Of a DNA stretch of 64,000 nucleotides, positions 38,061 to 50,280 are shown in pieces. Location: NCBI GenBank assembly GCA_028534125.1, contig CM052817.1, forward strand, positions 67,458,001 through 67,522,000, read 5' to 3'. Every line of letters starts with the position of its first letter. Position 1 is the stretch's first letter. The stretch is from Lama glama. Its lineage: Eukaryota. The translations under genes and the position numbers were made by a program. The notes under the pieces were generated by a model. That model was not told the origin of the DNA. It searched no databases and saw only the letters and a list, made by a program, of their open reading frames with translations.

Positions 38061-40439
38061 TCTTCTGTAAGCAGTGGGGAGATCTATTGTATATTCATAA
38101 TTACGATTCCTAGCTGTTACATAAGTCCTCTTCATTGGGAACACTCTTCTTGTTCTCAATCTTTTTATCATCTTTTATTCATCCATCAGATCTTAGAGTT
38201 AATCTCCCCAAGAGGGCTTCATTGAACCTCGGAACCTAAATGAAGCACCACTCCTGCATCCTACAATCCCTCCTGATAGCCTTCCGAGGAATCTGGCACA
38301 CGCTATTGTAACTGCCTGTGACATCAGCGCTCCCCATTCAACAAGACATTAGAAGGCAAGGCCTTCACCTTATTTTTTTCTGCAGAGACTTTCACAGTGC
38401 TTGGCACCAAAGAGGTGCTTAATCAATATGAACAATTATTAAATTAATTAAACATGTAAAGGTCCTTTTTGTTAATTTTAGCATTTTTCCAATTCTCATA
38501 TTTTTTCCCAAAATTTATTTTACTGCCACATTGCCATAAACAAGTTTCCTTGGTGATCAAAACTAAATCCAGAGTGACAATTTTTTCAGAACTTTTCTCA
38601 ATAAAAAGGGTTTGTTTGGCCTCTAAGGTATTTGTCAATATAATGTTTCTTTTGAAAAAAGCAAGAAAAAAATCTATATCCATATATACTTAATCAGAAA
38701 ACTATAGCTCATTATAAATTCATTTTTGAGGCATGTGAAGTATATCCTTACAAATGGGAACATAAGAAAATAAAAGTGAGGTGACCACCTTTGCAAAGAC
38801 AAAAATAAAACAAATTTCCTGGTTTAGAATTTTTTAAAACACATTTTAGACATTCAGACAAATTTAATATTTTGAAAGCTTGAAAATTATGTTTTTTATC
38901 AAATGCTTTTAGTACATTTTACATAGTCTTTAGTTTTTTTATTTTTACCAAGAGTATTTCTTACTGATGTACTTTTCTTACAACAATAAACCTTAACTTA
39001 CTCAATTTGTCACCTGTTCACTAGTTTATAAAATTTTAAAGCTAATGTTGTAACAAACTCAAATAATGGTATTTCATATTTATAAGTGCATCCTGGGATG
39101 AATAAATAATGAAAATACAGTCAGCTTCTATTAAAAGTGTAGAGTCTGAATATTTAAGAATTTATCTACCAACAGGGAAGTGGAACAGTCCTGATTTCAT
39201 CTGATTTTAAAATTTAAGTAGATTTGATCTAGGTTGGGTCTTGAACACTTGACAAAAATACCATTTGCTCATTTTGTTTTTTTCTGTTTAACACTAGCAT
39301 GCAGCAATTGTCTTGATCTATTGCCACATATTACTTGCTCTAGTATTTTTTTGAAATAGCTTGGGCTATGTCTACACACTTGATAACAAGCTTGCCTGAC
39401 TATATTTTTCAATTGTACTAATCAGTCAAAGGCCATTTAAAAGCAACTACAATTGACTGAGGCCCAGAAGTATGTTTCTCTGATTAGGGTTAAGAGAGAA
39501 AAATTGTTGCTGATTGGTACAATTGAAAGTTATGATACAAACTATTCTGCTGCAATTCTTTAGCCAAGTGTAATGACAGATCCCAAGAGAGAAGACAAAA
39601 ATAAGTTGTCTTTAATTTTTTTAAGTATTATTAATATACTTACAATTCATTTTGTACCTAGTGCTAATACAACCATGAATTATCTGTACAATCCAGAGCA
39701 AATCACTTAACCTCTCTAGGTCTCAATTTTTCCATATAAAAATTAGGCTCTCCAAAAACTGCAGTCTGTAAAGTTTGTAATAGGGAGTCTTTTAGTTATT
39801 TTTAACATGTCAGAAAGTTCTTAGGAAACTTGCACTTAACCACAATACAGATTCACAAGCCCACTATAGCTTCTGATACATTAAAACCACTCAATAATTA
39901 ATGAATTAGGGAATGGATAAGAGAATGCATGAAAAAAGTAAATACATGAGTAAAAAATTAGAACATTAGCTTTTGTCTACACTTATATCAAACTGTAATC
40001 TATTGGTTATTGTTTCCTGACCTGATGTCCAATTATATATGCTCTTGACTATAGAAAAGTGAATTGAATTACTTCAAATATAATTAATTATATTTGAGGA
40101 ATAAAATATTTTTAATATTCAAAGTCATGGATATTAATAAAAATGATCCTTGGGAACAATAATTAGAAACCACTGAAAGAGGAAATATTTCCACCTACAC
40201 AAGTATTGTTAATTCTTCTCATTGTCTCTATTACACCTGTGAGGAGTTCTTAAACTTTTTCACAGGGATCTTTGTCTATTTCATTACTTGGTGGCTTTGA
40301 ACCTACCCGTAACTCTCCCTTAGTCTAAAATCTCAGCTGACCCTTAAAGAAAATCATTAAAAATTTTCTGATTTATTTACTGACTGCAACTAATATAAGC
40401 TCAATTTTACTTCATTTAAAGCAACATTTGCCTCCAAGT

Positions 40440-40539
40440 CTGTTTCTGGCTTACTTCACTTAGAATGACAATCTCTGGTTTCATCCATGTTGTTGTAAAT
40501 GGCATTATTTTATTATTTTTAGTGGCTGAGTAGTATTCC

Positions 40540-40575
<36 letters not shown>

Positions 40576-41321
40576 CACACACATATATACACACCACAGC
40601 TTCTTTATCTATATCTATGTACCTATAGATATAGATATAGATATAGATGTAGATATAGATATAGATATATATCACAGCTTCTTTATCCAGTCATCTGTCA
40701 ATGGACATTTAGGCTGCTGCCATGTCTTGGCTATTGTATATAGTGCTGCTATGGACATTGGGGTGCATGTAGCTTTTCAAATTAGAGTTCCTACTGAATA
40801 TATGCTCAGGAGTGGGATTGCTGGATCATATGGTAAGTCTATTTTTAGTTTTTTGAGGAATCTCCATACTGTTTTCCATAATGGCTTCACCAAACTACAT
40901 TCCCACCAGTAGTGTAGGAGGGTTCCCTTTTCTCCACACCCTCTCCAGTATTTATCATTCACAGACTTTTTAATGATGGCCATTCTGACTGGTGTGAAGT
41001 GATACCTCATTGTAGTTTTGATTTGCATTTCCCTGATAATAAGTGATATTGAGCATTTTTTCATGTGCCTTTTGACCATTTGTATGTCTTCATTGGAGAA
41101 ATGTTTCTCTAGGTCTTCTGCCCATTTTTGGATTGAGTCGGTTTGTTTTTTGTTGTTGTTGTTGTTGTTGTTGTTGTTAAGTTGTAAGAGCTGTTTATAT
41201 ATTCTGGAAATTAAACTTTTGTCAGTCTCATCATTTGCAAATATTTTCTCCCAGTCCGTAGGTTGTCGCTTCATTTTAGTTATGGTTTCCATCGCTGTGC
41301 AAAAGCTTATAAGTTTAATTA
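40440..41321 (-). mobile_element. Inverted 5' segment of a twin-primed L1 (ORF2 C-terminus and start of 3' UTR)
   Basis: Minus ORF 40777-41292 reads [60 protein letters not shown], the L1 ORF2p C-terminal Cys-rich region, with two Cys replaced by Tyr. Confidence 0.95.
40542..40672. repeat. (TG)n plus (ATAGAT)n microsatellites within L1
   Basis: Direct reading. Confidence 0.95.
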
Positions 41322-41588
41322 GTAAACAGTCTTATGGTTACCAGGGGAAAGAGGGTGGGGAGGGATAAATTTGGGAGTTTGAGATTTGCAGATGTTAACC
41401 ACTATATATAAAAACAGATAAGAAACAAGTCTCTTTTGTATAGCACATGGAACTATATTCAATATCCTGTAATAACCTTTAATGAAAAAGAATATGAAAA
41501 TGAATATATGTATATGCATGACTAGGACATTATGCTGTACACAAGAAATTGACAAATTATAACTGGCTGTACTTCAGTAAAATTTAAA
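41322..41588 (+). mobile_element. Sense 3'-UTR segment of the same L1 insertion
   Basis: 'cttatggttaccagggg..gggataaatttgggagtttgagatttgcaga..gtatagcacatggaactatattcaata' followed by an A tail. TSD aaagcaacatttg(c/t)ctc at 40418-40434 and 41589-41605. Confidence 0.92.
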
Positions 41589-42532
41589 AAAGCAACATTT
41601 GTCTCAACAATTCATTCATTCATAATGATAGAATCTGAGAATGAAGCATAATTCTTCCCTCCAGGACAAGAGAATCTAATTAAATGAGGAAAAGTTAGGA
41701 AGTTTTTTATCCCTCTTTTACTTAGGTCAAATTATTAGGCCTTCTCTTTATGTAAAGAAAACATTTTCTTGCTTTTTAAAGTTATAAATTTAAAAAATAG
41801 TGCTATTTCTTCTAACTTGCCCATAGATGTGTTCCTGAATTCATAAAACTCTACTCACTCTTTATTTTTGTTATAGCTGAGTGAGTAATAGGCTCTAGTT
41901 TTGTTGTAATTTATCAGCATTCTCTGTTAAAAGGCCTTCATTAATCAGTCTTCTTTTTCTCAGAATTTTATTCATAGAATTTACTTCCTCATATGTCTGG
42001 ATATTTTTTACTACATTCTAGACATTGTATTTGAAACATTATTTGGGAAATATTTTGAGGACTCAGATAATGGTATTTTCCTTCAAGGAGGGCTTGTGTT
42101 CACTTGGAGGTACTTTCAGGTCAAGACCAGAGGTTGCATCAAAATCTCATTACCTGGGCTGTGACTTACTCTGGGCTGTGTTATTCCAGTGAATCTCACC
42201 CTGAGACGTGGCACTTTGACACTTCAGCTCACTGTAGAGACAGTCTCTTGTTTGACTCTGAATCTTAACAGAGCTCTAAGCTTTGCTTTTGAGTACTTTA
42301 TTTCTGGAGCAACTTATAACAAAGGTTTTCATGTTCTGGGAAAAAATCAAATGCAATGGGGCAAAGGAAGCTTATTTTAACAATCTTCTGCACTAAATGC
42401 ACAAATAATTCAATTCCTATTCAGAAACATAGGTTTTTGTATGTTATTTGATGTTAAGTAGATGCCTTTTTGTGTATGGTTGCACAAGCTACAAACTGAT
42501 TTTTTTAATTTTTGTCCAAAGGAATTGACTAG

Positions 42533-42931
42533 TGTCCTAGTCAGCTCAGGCTGCTATAATAGGCTGTCTATGTACCACAGACTTGGCAGTTTATAAATAA
42601 TAGAAATCTATTTTTTCACAGTTCTGGAGACTGGATGTCTGAGAGCAAGGTGCCAGCATGGACAGGTTCTGATGAGAACCCTCTTGTGGACTGCAGACTG
42701 CTGACTTCTCCTTGTAGCCTCACATGGCTGGAAAAACAACGATGACAACAACAACAACAACAAAACTAGAAAGCTCTCTGGGGTCTCTTTTATAAGGCAC
42801 TCATCTGATTCATGAGAGTTCCACCCTCATGACTAGTTCCCCTCTAAGGCCCCACCTCCCATATCATCGCATTGGAGGTTAGGATTTCAACATACATATT
42901 TTGGTGGTACAAAAACATTCAGTCCATAACA
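42533..42931 (-). mobile_element. MLT1A-like MaLR solo LTR with 5-bp TSD
   Basis: TG...CA termini, 'cacagttctggagactgg..aaggtgccagcatgg', 'ggatttcaacata..cattcagtccataaca'. TSD ACTAG at 42528-42532 and 42932-42936. Confidence 0.9.
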
Positions 42932-43654
42932 ACTAGGATAGTGGTCCTGTTATAAGAATCTGAGTGCCATGGAATTGAAGCTCTAAGCAGTTCTAAACTC
43001 TGTTTAAAATAATTTAAAAAATTATTTGTGTTTAGAAGCCTTTTTATTTATTATATTATTAGATTAGATTATTATTTATAAATTTATTATAAATAAAAAG
43101 GCTATCCAACATAATCCTGTTTTCTCTGTCTATAATTAAAAGTGAGAATTTAGTGTCTTTTCAAAGAATATTAATTTATCCCTTAAAGTAAATCACAGTA
43201 GCATGAAGGAGATTGACACAACCTTATCATCTATGTTTTCTATTGTCTAGCAATAGGCACTGCAAGCCAGACTGACTAGTGCACTGACCTCAGACATGAA
43301 ACTTAAATCTTTGCAGGCCAATTTACCTTTAAGAGTCAAGCTGAAAAACATTAATTTTCATTCATAATCTCCAAGTAGAAGCAGAGATAAAATTCAAGTA
43401 TAAAAGAAAGTCCAATCAATAATGGACATCAAGTCAACAAACTGTAAATATGCAATGGTAGACAATATGGAATTTTCATCCTGAAAATCTATTTGGCTCC
43501 ACTGCCTCTGTTTTACAAATTCCTTCACTATATGGTCCAAAATAAGAATAGCCTTTGGAAAAAAAAACCTCAGAATAATAAAAGTCTTTCTACTAGAACC
43601 TAAGCAGCACATTTTCTGTGATAAGCAGTAAGTAATTTAATAGTAATTTAAACA

Positions 43655-45150
43655 ACTTAATAAGATAAAATTTATATATCATAATATCTGCTCATTTAAA
43701 GTTCAATGGTTTTTAGTTTATTTACTGAGTTGTGCAACTATCACTACAATCTAGTTTTAGGAAATTTTCATTACCTCGAAAAGAAATATGCACCCATTTG
43801 TATTTACTTCCCATTTTCCCTCACTCAACCTCCCTACCACCAGCCCTAGACACCCACTAATCACTTTCTGTAGAGAAATTGCCTAATCTAGACATTTCAT
43901 ATAAGTGAGATCATGCACTATATGGTTTTTTGTGACTGGCTTCCTTTACTTGGCATACTATTTTTAGGTTCACTCGTGTTGCGGCAGTTATCAGTACTTC
44001 ATTCCTTTTTTACTGCCTATTAATATTCCATTGAATAGATATGCCATATTTTGTTTATTTACTCAGCAGTTGTTGGAAATTTGAGTTGTTTCCACTTTTT
44101 GGCTATTATGAATAATGCCATTATGAACATTTGTGTGCAAGTTTTGGTGTAAACATATGTCTTTGTTCCTTTTGAGAATACTTCAGAGTAGATTTGTAAA
44201 TCATAAGGTAATTCTATATTTAACATTCTGAGGAACTGTCATACTGTTTTCCAATGTAGCTGCCCCAATTAACATTCCTACTGGCAATGTTTGAGGGTTT
44301 CAATTTCTTCACACCCTCACCAATTTCTTCTTATTGTCAGTCTTTTCTTTTTAACTATTATTATAGCTACTATAGTGAGTTGTAAAGTAGTATCTCATTG
44401 TGGCTTTGATTAGCATTCCTGCGATGATTAATAATTTTGAACACTTTAATGTGCTTATTGGATGTTCCTGTATCCAAAAACATTTTTTCAAATCCTTTGC
44501 CCATTTTTAATTGGATTATTTGCCTTTTTGTTAATGAAATTCATATATTCTGGGTATAGTCTCATTAAAAAACAGGATTTGCAAATATTTTCTCTTTTCA
44601 GTTTCTTGATGATGTCATTTGGAGCACGAAAGCTTAAAATGTTGATGCAGTTCAATTTATCACTTGATCCTTTTTTAGTTTGTGCTTTTTGTGTCATAGC
44701 TAAAAAAATCATTATATAATCGTTGTATAATCCAAAGTCACAAAGATTTATGCATATGTTTTCTTCTATGAATTTTATAGGTTTAGCACTTATATAGATC
44801 TTTGACCCATTTTAAGTTAAATTTTGTATGATGTGAATTAAGGGTCCAGATTCATTATTTTGCATGTTGTGCCACCACTACTTATTGAAAAGCCTACTCT
44901 TTCCCCATTGAGTTGCCTTGGCATCTTTGTCAGAATCAACTGACCATAGATGTTAAGGGTTAGTTTCTGGACCCTCATTTCTATTTCATTGATCTATATG
45001 TCTATCTTCATGATAGTACCACACTTTTTCATTGCTATTGCTTTGTAGTAAGTTTTAGAACTGAGTTTTACAATTTTTTTCTTCTGTTTCAAGATTGTTT
45101 TGATCATTCTTGATCTCTTGCATTTACATATGAATTTTAGAATCAGCTGA
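43655..45150 (-). mobile_element. L1MB-like 3' end and ORF2 C-terminus
   Basis: 'gagttgtgcaactatcactacaatctagtttt', 'gacatttcatataagtgagatcat', 'ttccactttttggctattatgaataatgc', 'gtatctcattgtggctttgatt'. Confidence 0.9.
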
Positions 45151-45299
45151 TACAATCCTTTTAGAGCAACATTTACATGTTAGCTCACATTAATTCCTGT
45201 TCAATGTCATATCTTTTTCAAATTAATTTCGAATCTAATGTTTCATTTCTTTCAACCTCTACCTTTCCATTGGGCTCTTCTTATTTTCCTAATTTTCAC

Positions 45300-46200
45300 C
45301 ACTAATTGTGCTTAGTTATCCCCATTCTTAAAAAAAATTATTTCTTGACATTGTCTCACCTTTCACAGTCCAAATTCTTTAAAGAGTAGCTTCTATTTTT
45401 ACTTTTAAGTCTCTCTTACAACTATATGGAAAAAAAGTTGTCAATGACGTTCTAGTTGCCAAACAGAGTTGCATGTTTTCAATCCTTATTGCAACATTTT
45501 ATATTTTTCATCCTTTTCTCATTTGTTTTTATGGTATTACCATAGTCTCCTCTTGTATATTTCTATTTCCTCCTGTCTATGTCTATTTTGCTCAACTCTT
45601 GCTTCTATTCTTTACATGTTGGTGTTACCCAGGATTTTTCTCCTCAGCTTTCACCTTTTTCTCATCTTACAAACTCTCACCAATCTCTAAAACTAAACTC
45701 TAATCACAGCCTCCCTTTTACAGGTTTTATTTATCTTCACATGGATATTCAATAAGCATCTCAAAAACAAAAAGTTGAACTCACTTTCTTGTCAAAACTT
45801 ATTCCTCATTCTTCCCACTGTAGATCAATGAATATACAACCTAATTTAAAAGCAAAGTGTTTTGAAGTCATTTTAGCTCTCCCCCTTCCCCACTTTTCTC
45901 ATATATAAATGGTAAATTTGTCAGCTTTATCTCTAAAAATTTTCTCCCTTTCATCCACTTCTCTTCATTTTCTGCCTCAGCTCAATTCTTCATCATTTTT
46001 TACTTGGACTCCTGTAAGAACTTGCACTCCACCTTTCATAGTTCCAAAGATTTTGCTTAAAATACAGAACTTACCACATCACTCCTATCCTTAAAAATCA
46101 TTTAGTGACTTCCCATTACCTGCAGAATAATTAAATCAACTTAGTTTGATGTTAATAGTACTGTAAAACTCAGTCTCAGCTTATTTTTTCAATCTTATGC
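45300..46200 (+). mobile_element. L2 ORF2/3' relic
   Basis: 'gtcaatgacgttctagttgccaaa', 'tggatattcaataagcatctcaaa', 'ccttaaaaatcatttagtgacttcccatt'. Confidence 0.6.
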
Positions 46201-46649
46201 TCAATGACACATTAGTGCTTCAACAATCCCTTCACTCTCTCTGTTGCTTCACTTCCCAGATATACCACCAATACACACTGCTGTTTAGCCATAAAGGACT
46301 TGCTCACCAGAAAACTCACACATTGCTTATACATTTAAATGAAATGGAAGCAGAAGAGCGAAGAGGAGAAAGCCAAGCAAGAGTGTAATCTCAAACAGAG
46401 ACCTGCAGAAGAACTCTGGAGTAAGCTACCCTTTACAGATCTCCAAAGCAAAGAAGCTAAGTTGTCATACTCCTGAATCTGTCAGCCACTGGTCAAGGGC
46501 TGTACAAAAAGGGACTAAATTACCAGAAATGTCGAGATTTCTGCATGTGTGTACAAAGCACCTCAACCAAAAAAGTACAGTTCTCAAAGTAGAAGAATAG
46601 TTCAAATTTGGCATATTTTAGTCAAAATAGTTCTTATACTTGCTTACTT

Positions 46650-48130
46650 CTCTTGGTTCTCATTTTCCCTTCAATTTTGGCCTTGTCTTATCAACTCTTC
46701 TATGAATATAATAATAATTTTAATATTTCATCTGCTTTTTTTAGTTGTCTACAATGAGATGCTTGGTTCTAATAACCTAATCCAACTTTCTTTTGTAATT
46801 CTAAGTCCCATCTTTATTCTCCATTTACATTGTCTTTTACTTGAAGTGTTTCTTTTATATTTTAAATATTGTTGGATAATGTTTTTCTAATTCATTCTAA
46901 GATCTGTTTTGTCAGTGAATTTAACACATTTACCTTTATTGCAATTGTTGCTAGCATTCATTTCTGTCTTAATATTTTGTTCATTTTTTTGTTTCATATT
47001 TTCAATACCCTACTTAAATTCTCCTTTCATACTTTCCATTGGACATATCAAGTTTCTTCTTCTTGTATGAAAATTAATGTTGCATGTTCTTTCTTCTTTT
47101 GGTTACCAGTAAAATGATATATAGCTGCATTAATTTTTTTCTTTTCTACCTAATTGTTATGCTTATCAATATCCTTATCATCTAAACTCTCTCATAACAT
47201 ACTCCTCACTCCCACCATATTTGTATTTTCTTCACTTTTCAGTCTGAGATTTATGGATCTTTTATGGATTTTAGGTTTAACAACAAGAAAACTTATTAAG
47301 CTATTTCCTCATCCCTACATTTCATATATTTCTTAGATCTTCCCAGGGTTATTTGACAACTTACTGGTGTACTTCTGAAAGAGTTTTCAAAAGAGCCATT
47401 TGCTTGATGAAACTTCTGAGTTCTTGTTGGTCTAAAAATATGTAAGTATATTTTCTTCACATTTGAATATAGTAGTCTGGATTTAAAGTTCTTTTATTGT
47501 GACTCTTTAAAAATGTTACTCCTCATACACAAAATAAAATGCTATATGTATTTTGTATATAAGATTAACATTGAGAAGTATGTTATTGATCCATTTCTTG
47601 TTTCTTTTAAAATAATCTGCTCTTTCTATTGGGAGCTTTAAGAAAGGTCTCTGATATTTTAAAATTCACTTTACTATGTTTATGTTTAATTGTCCTAAAG
47701 GTTTGGTACTACAAAACTTTTCAATCTTCATCTTTCTTTAATTTTTAGAGATTCTAGGTCATTATTTCTTCAAATATTTCCTCCCTTCCATTTTTTTTCA
47801 CAATCAGTTTTCTGGAAAACCTTTAATGTGAAAGTCAACCCTTGTACACACATCCTCCACATCTCTAAACTTGTTTTACTACTCATTTTTGTCCCTTTGT
47901 GATAACTTTTCTGGATTCCTTAACTTAATCTTTAGTCACTAATTTATTACCCAGTTGTACTCATTCTCATATTTTAATCCTTATATTGAGTCATTAATTT
48001 TTTTCTTTAAAACATTATTCTGCTTATCTTTTCAGATATTCTCTTTTATCTCTTTGAGAATATTGATTATGCTTCCCTTTTATTGAGTTTTTGTTTATAT
48101 TTAAGTTTTTGGTCCACTAATTGCCCTTAA
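46650..48130 (-). mobile_element. Very old L1/HAL1-type relic
   Basis: T-rich antisense blocks 'gtgaatttaacacatttacctttattgcaatt', 'ttgagaagtatg', 'cattatttcttcaaatatttcctcc'. Confidence 0.5.
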
Positions 48131-49934
48131 TGTGCTATAGAGTAGAGGGATTCACCTCAAGTTTGAGATTTTCTAACTTTGCGGCCTGGGCTGAACCACT
48201 TTTTGTGTATCCCTCCCCACAGCAACCCTACCCTCAGGGAATCCTCCTTTCCTCCTCTCTAGTCCTGGCAGGAATGGTGGGGAGGAGATTCTCAGGAGCC
48301 AGCCAAAATGCCTGAGAATCCGTTGTTAATCACCTTCCACTACAGCTAAGCAAAGTTCCATCCACTATTTTCCCACTATCTGTCACAGGTGCTGGGCTGG
48401 TGGTACTGTTTGTTGCTGCTTACTGTAGGCAATAAGACATGCAGGGCAATGTGAGGAAAAGCAGAATTACAACTTAAAAGTTCCTCCCCCAAATTCTGTT
48501 GTCTTTGTACCCAGCCCTTTTCATATCTAGGTTGTTCTTTCCTTACATGAAAACTAATTAGCTTATGTCTTTATAAGAATTCTAAATCTGCTAGTCTTAG
48601 TTTCTCAGAATCAACCATAACATCACTTCTGTAGCATCCGCAGAATTACATCCAGGGAGTAGAATCCAGCAATGACCATTAATTTGTCAAAAACTGGGGG
48701 AGATTTCCCAATTATTTTATCTTATCCTTGAACAAAGATCAACTTTGCTGCTGCTTCTGCCTTTTCAACACTCCATTTGGGGCTAGCTTTTATAAACTAA
48801 TTCAGTTCCACAAGATTCTATATACCTAGCACAATGTATTAGCAAAAAGCATATACCGTGATCGCAAACTTCTGAGAAAACTTTCTATTTTGCTGGGGAG
48901 GCCAGTTTATGTATATAAATCTCTGAGGAATAACAAAGTTATCAAAGTTGTGAGTTAAATAATCCTAAATGTAACATGATAAAACCCCTTACTATTACAT
49001 TTTCAGGCACCAAGTAGACAAGACACAGGTAAAGGGCTCAACCAGTGCCTCTTGTGAATAAGTAGGAGCAGATACAAGAGGAAAATACAGCATCGTGAGT
49101 CATCTAGATCTTCATTTCACACGAGCGTTGTGAAGTAGTCCATGGCTTGGCAGTATCTGCTATGAAAGTGAAGGACAACCCTAACACTGACCTTGAACTA
49201 CTTTCTAGTTCTCCAGAGTACATTATAAAATCTACTTAAGTAAGTTGAAAATCGCTTCTCTCTCTCTCTCAGGAAGATTCTTAATTACAGATAAAGTATT
49301 CCTGTGGAAATAACTCTTTAAATAAGATTTATTTGTATATTTTTACAAATGCCCATTTTTAAATCAACCCAGAACTTTTACCTTTTACCTTGATAACCCC
49401 AATGTGATAGCAGAGTTGCCTCTGTTGACAGTGACAGTCATTAACTTCAAGAACTGTTGTAAATTACCTTCCCCATTCAGAAGTCTAAAACATATCTAAG
49501 ACATTATTTCTTTTAGCTCCTCAATACTTTGAAGCCACCTATTTGGCTACTAAGGAAAAAATTCTTCCAGGATTAATTGAACAAACAATTTGGTGAAGAC
49601 TTCTGGGAAATTACCACAAAAGACAAATCATAATAGATGGTTGCAACAGCAGAAAAGCTCTTTTAAGAAAAGGCTTTCAGCAGACTCCAAGAGCCAGAGT
49701 CTCCTACGGGTTTTGCAAATAGCAGACCTAGTTGCAAATCAAGGGTCTGACTTTAGGTGCACAGAGCTCAGCCCAGGTGGTAGCTGGCACAAAGGGTTGG
49801 TCCTAAATGAAATTGTGAAGTAAGTGCAATTCATTTCAGTGCACACAGCAGTATCTTTCTCCTTTACCTCTATTCCTCTGAATGCTCTCTCAGTGCTTGA
49901 AGCTTTCCCCTTCTCTGGCAACACAAACTCATTT

Positions 49935-50280
49935 AATCATGTATTCATTCAATGAACAATTTGTAAAAGTCAAGTGCCAGATGCTAGAATTATTAAGACG
50001 TGTAAGGCATAAAGTATACACTTAATAACTCATAGTCTAATGGAGAGAAAGATACAAAATAAATGCAATCCAATATGATAAATATAATAATTAGATTTAG
50101 ATACTATGTACATATATGACTCATGAAAGAAAGATATCAGCTTCACTCAGAAGATTCAGAGAAGGTTTTAAATGGGAAGAGACATTTAAAACAGATCTTG
50201 AACCATTAGGTGTGGGGGTTAAAAGTAAGGGAAGAGTATTTCATGAAAATTAACTGAATGTGCAAAAGCAGAAAAAGTTA
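49935..50280 (-). mobile_element. L2 3' end
   Basis: 'attcattcaatgaacaatttg..gtgccagatgct..actcatagtctaatggagag..cagagaaggttt..agatcttgaa'. Confidence 0.6.

Noticed and set aside
40777..41292. 171-aa ORF with a poly-Asn tract as a functional or domesticated gene
   Set aside because: It is a truncated L1 ORF2 piece with zinc-knuckle cysteines lost. The poly-Asn is a (TTG)n microsatellite.
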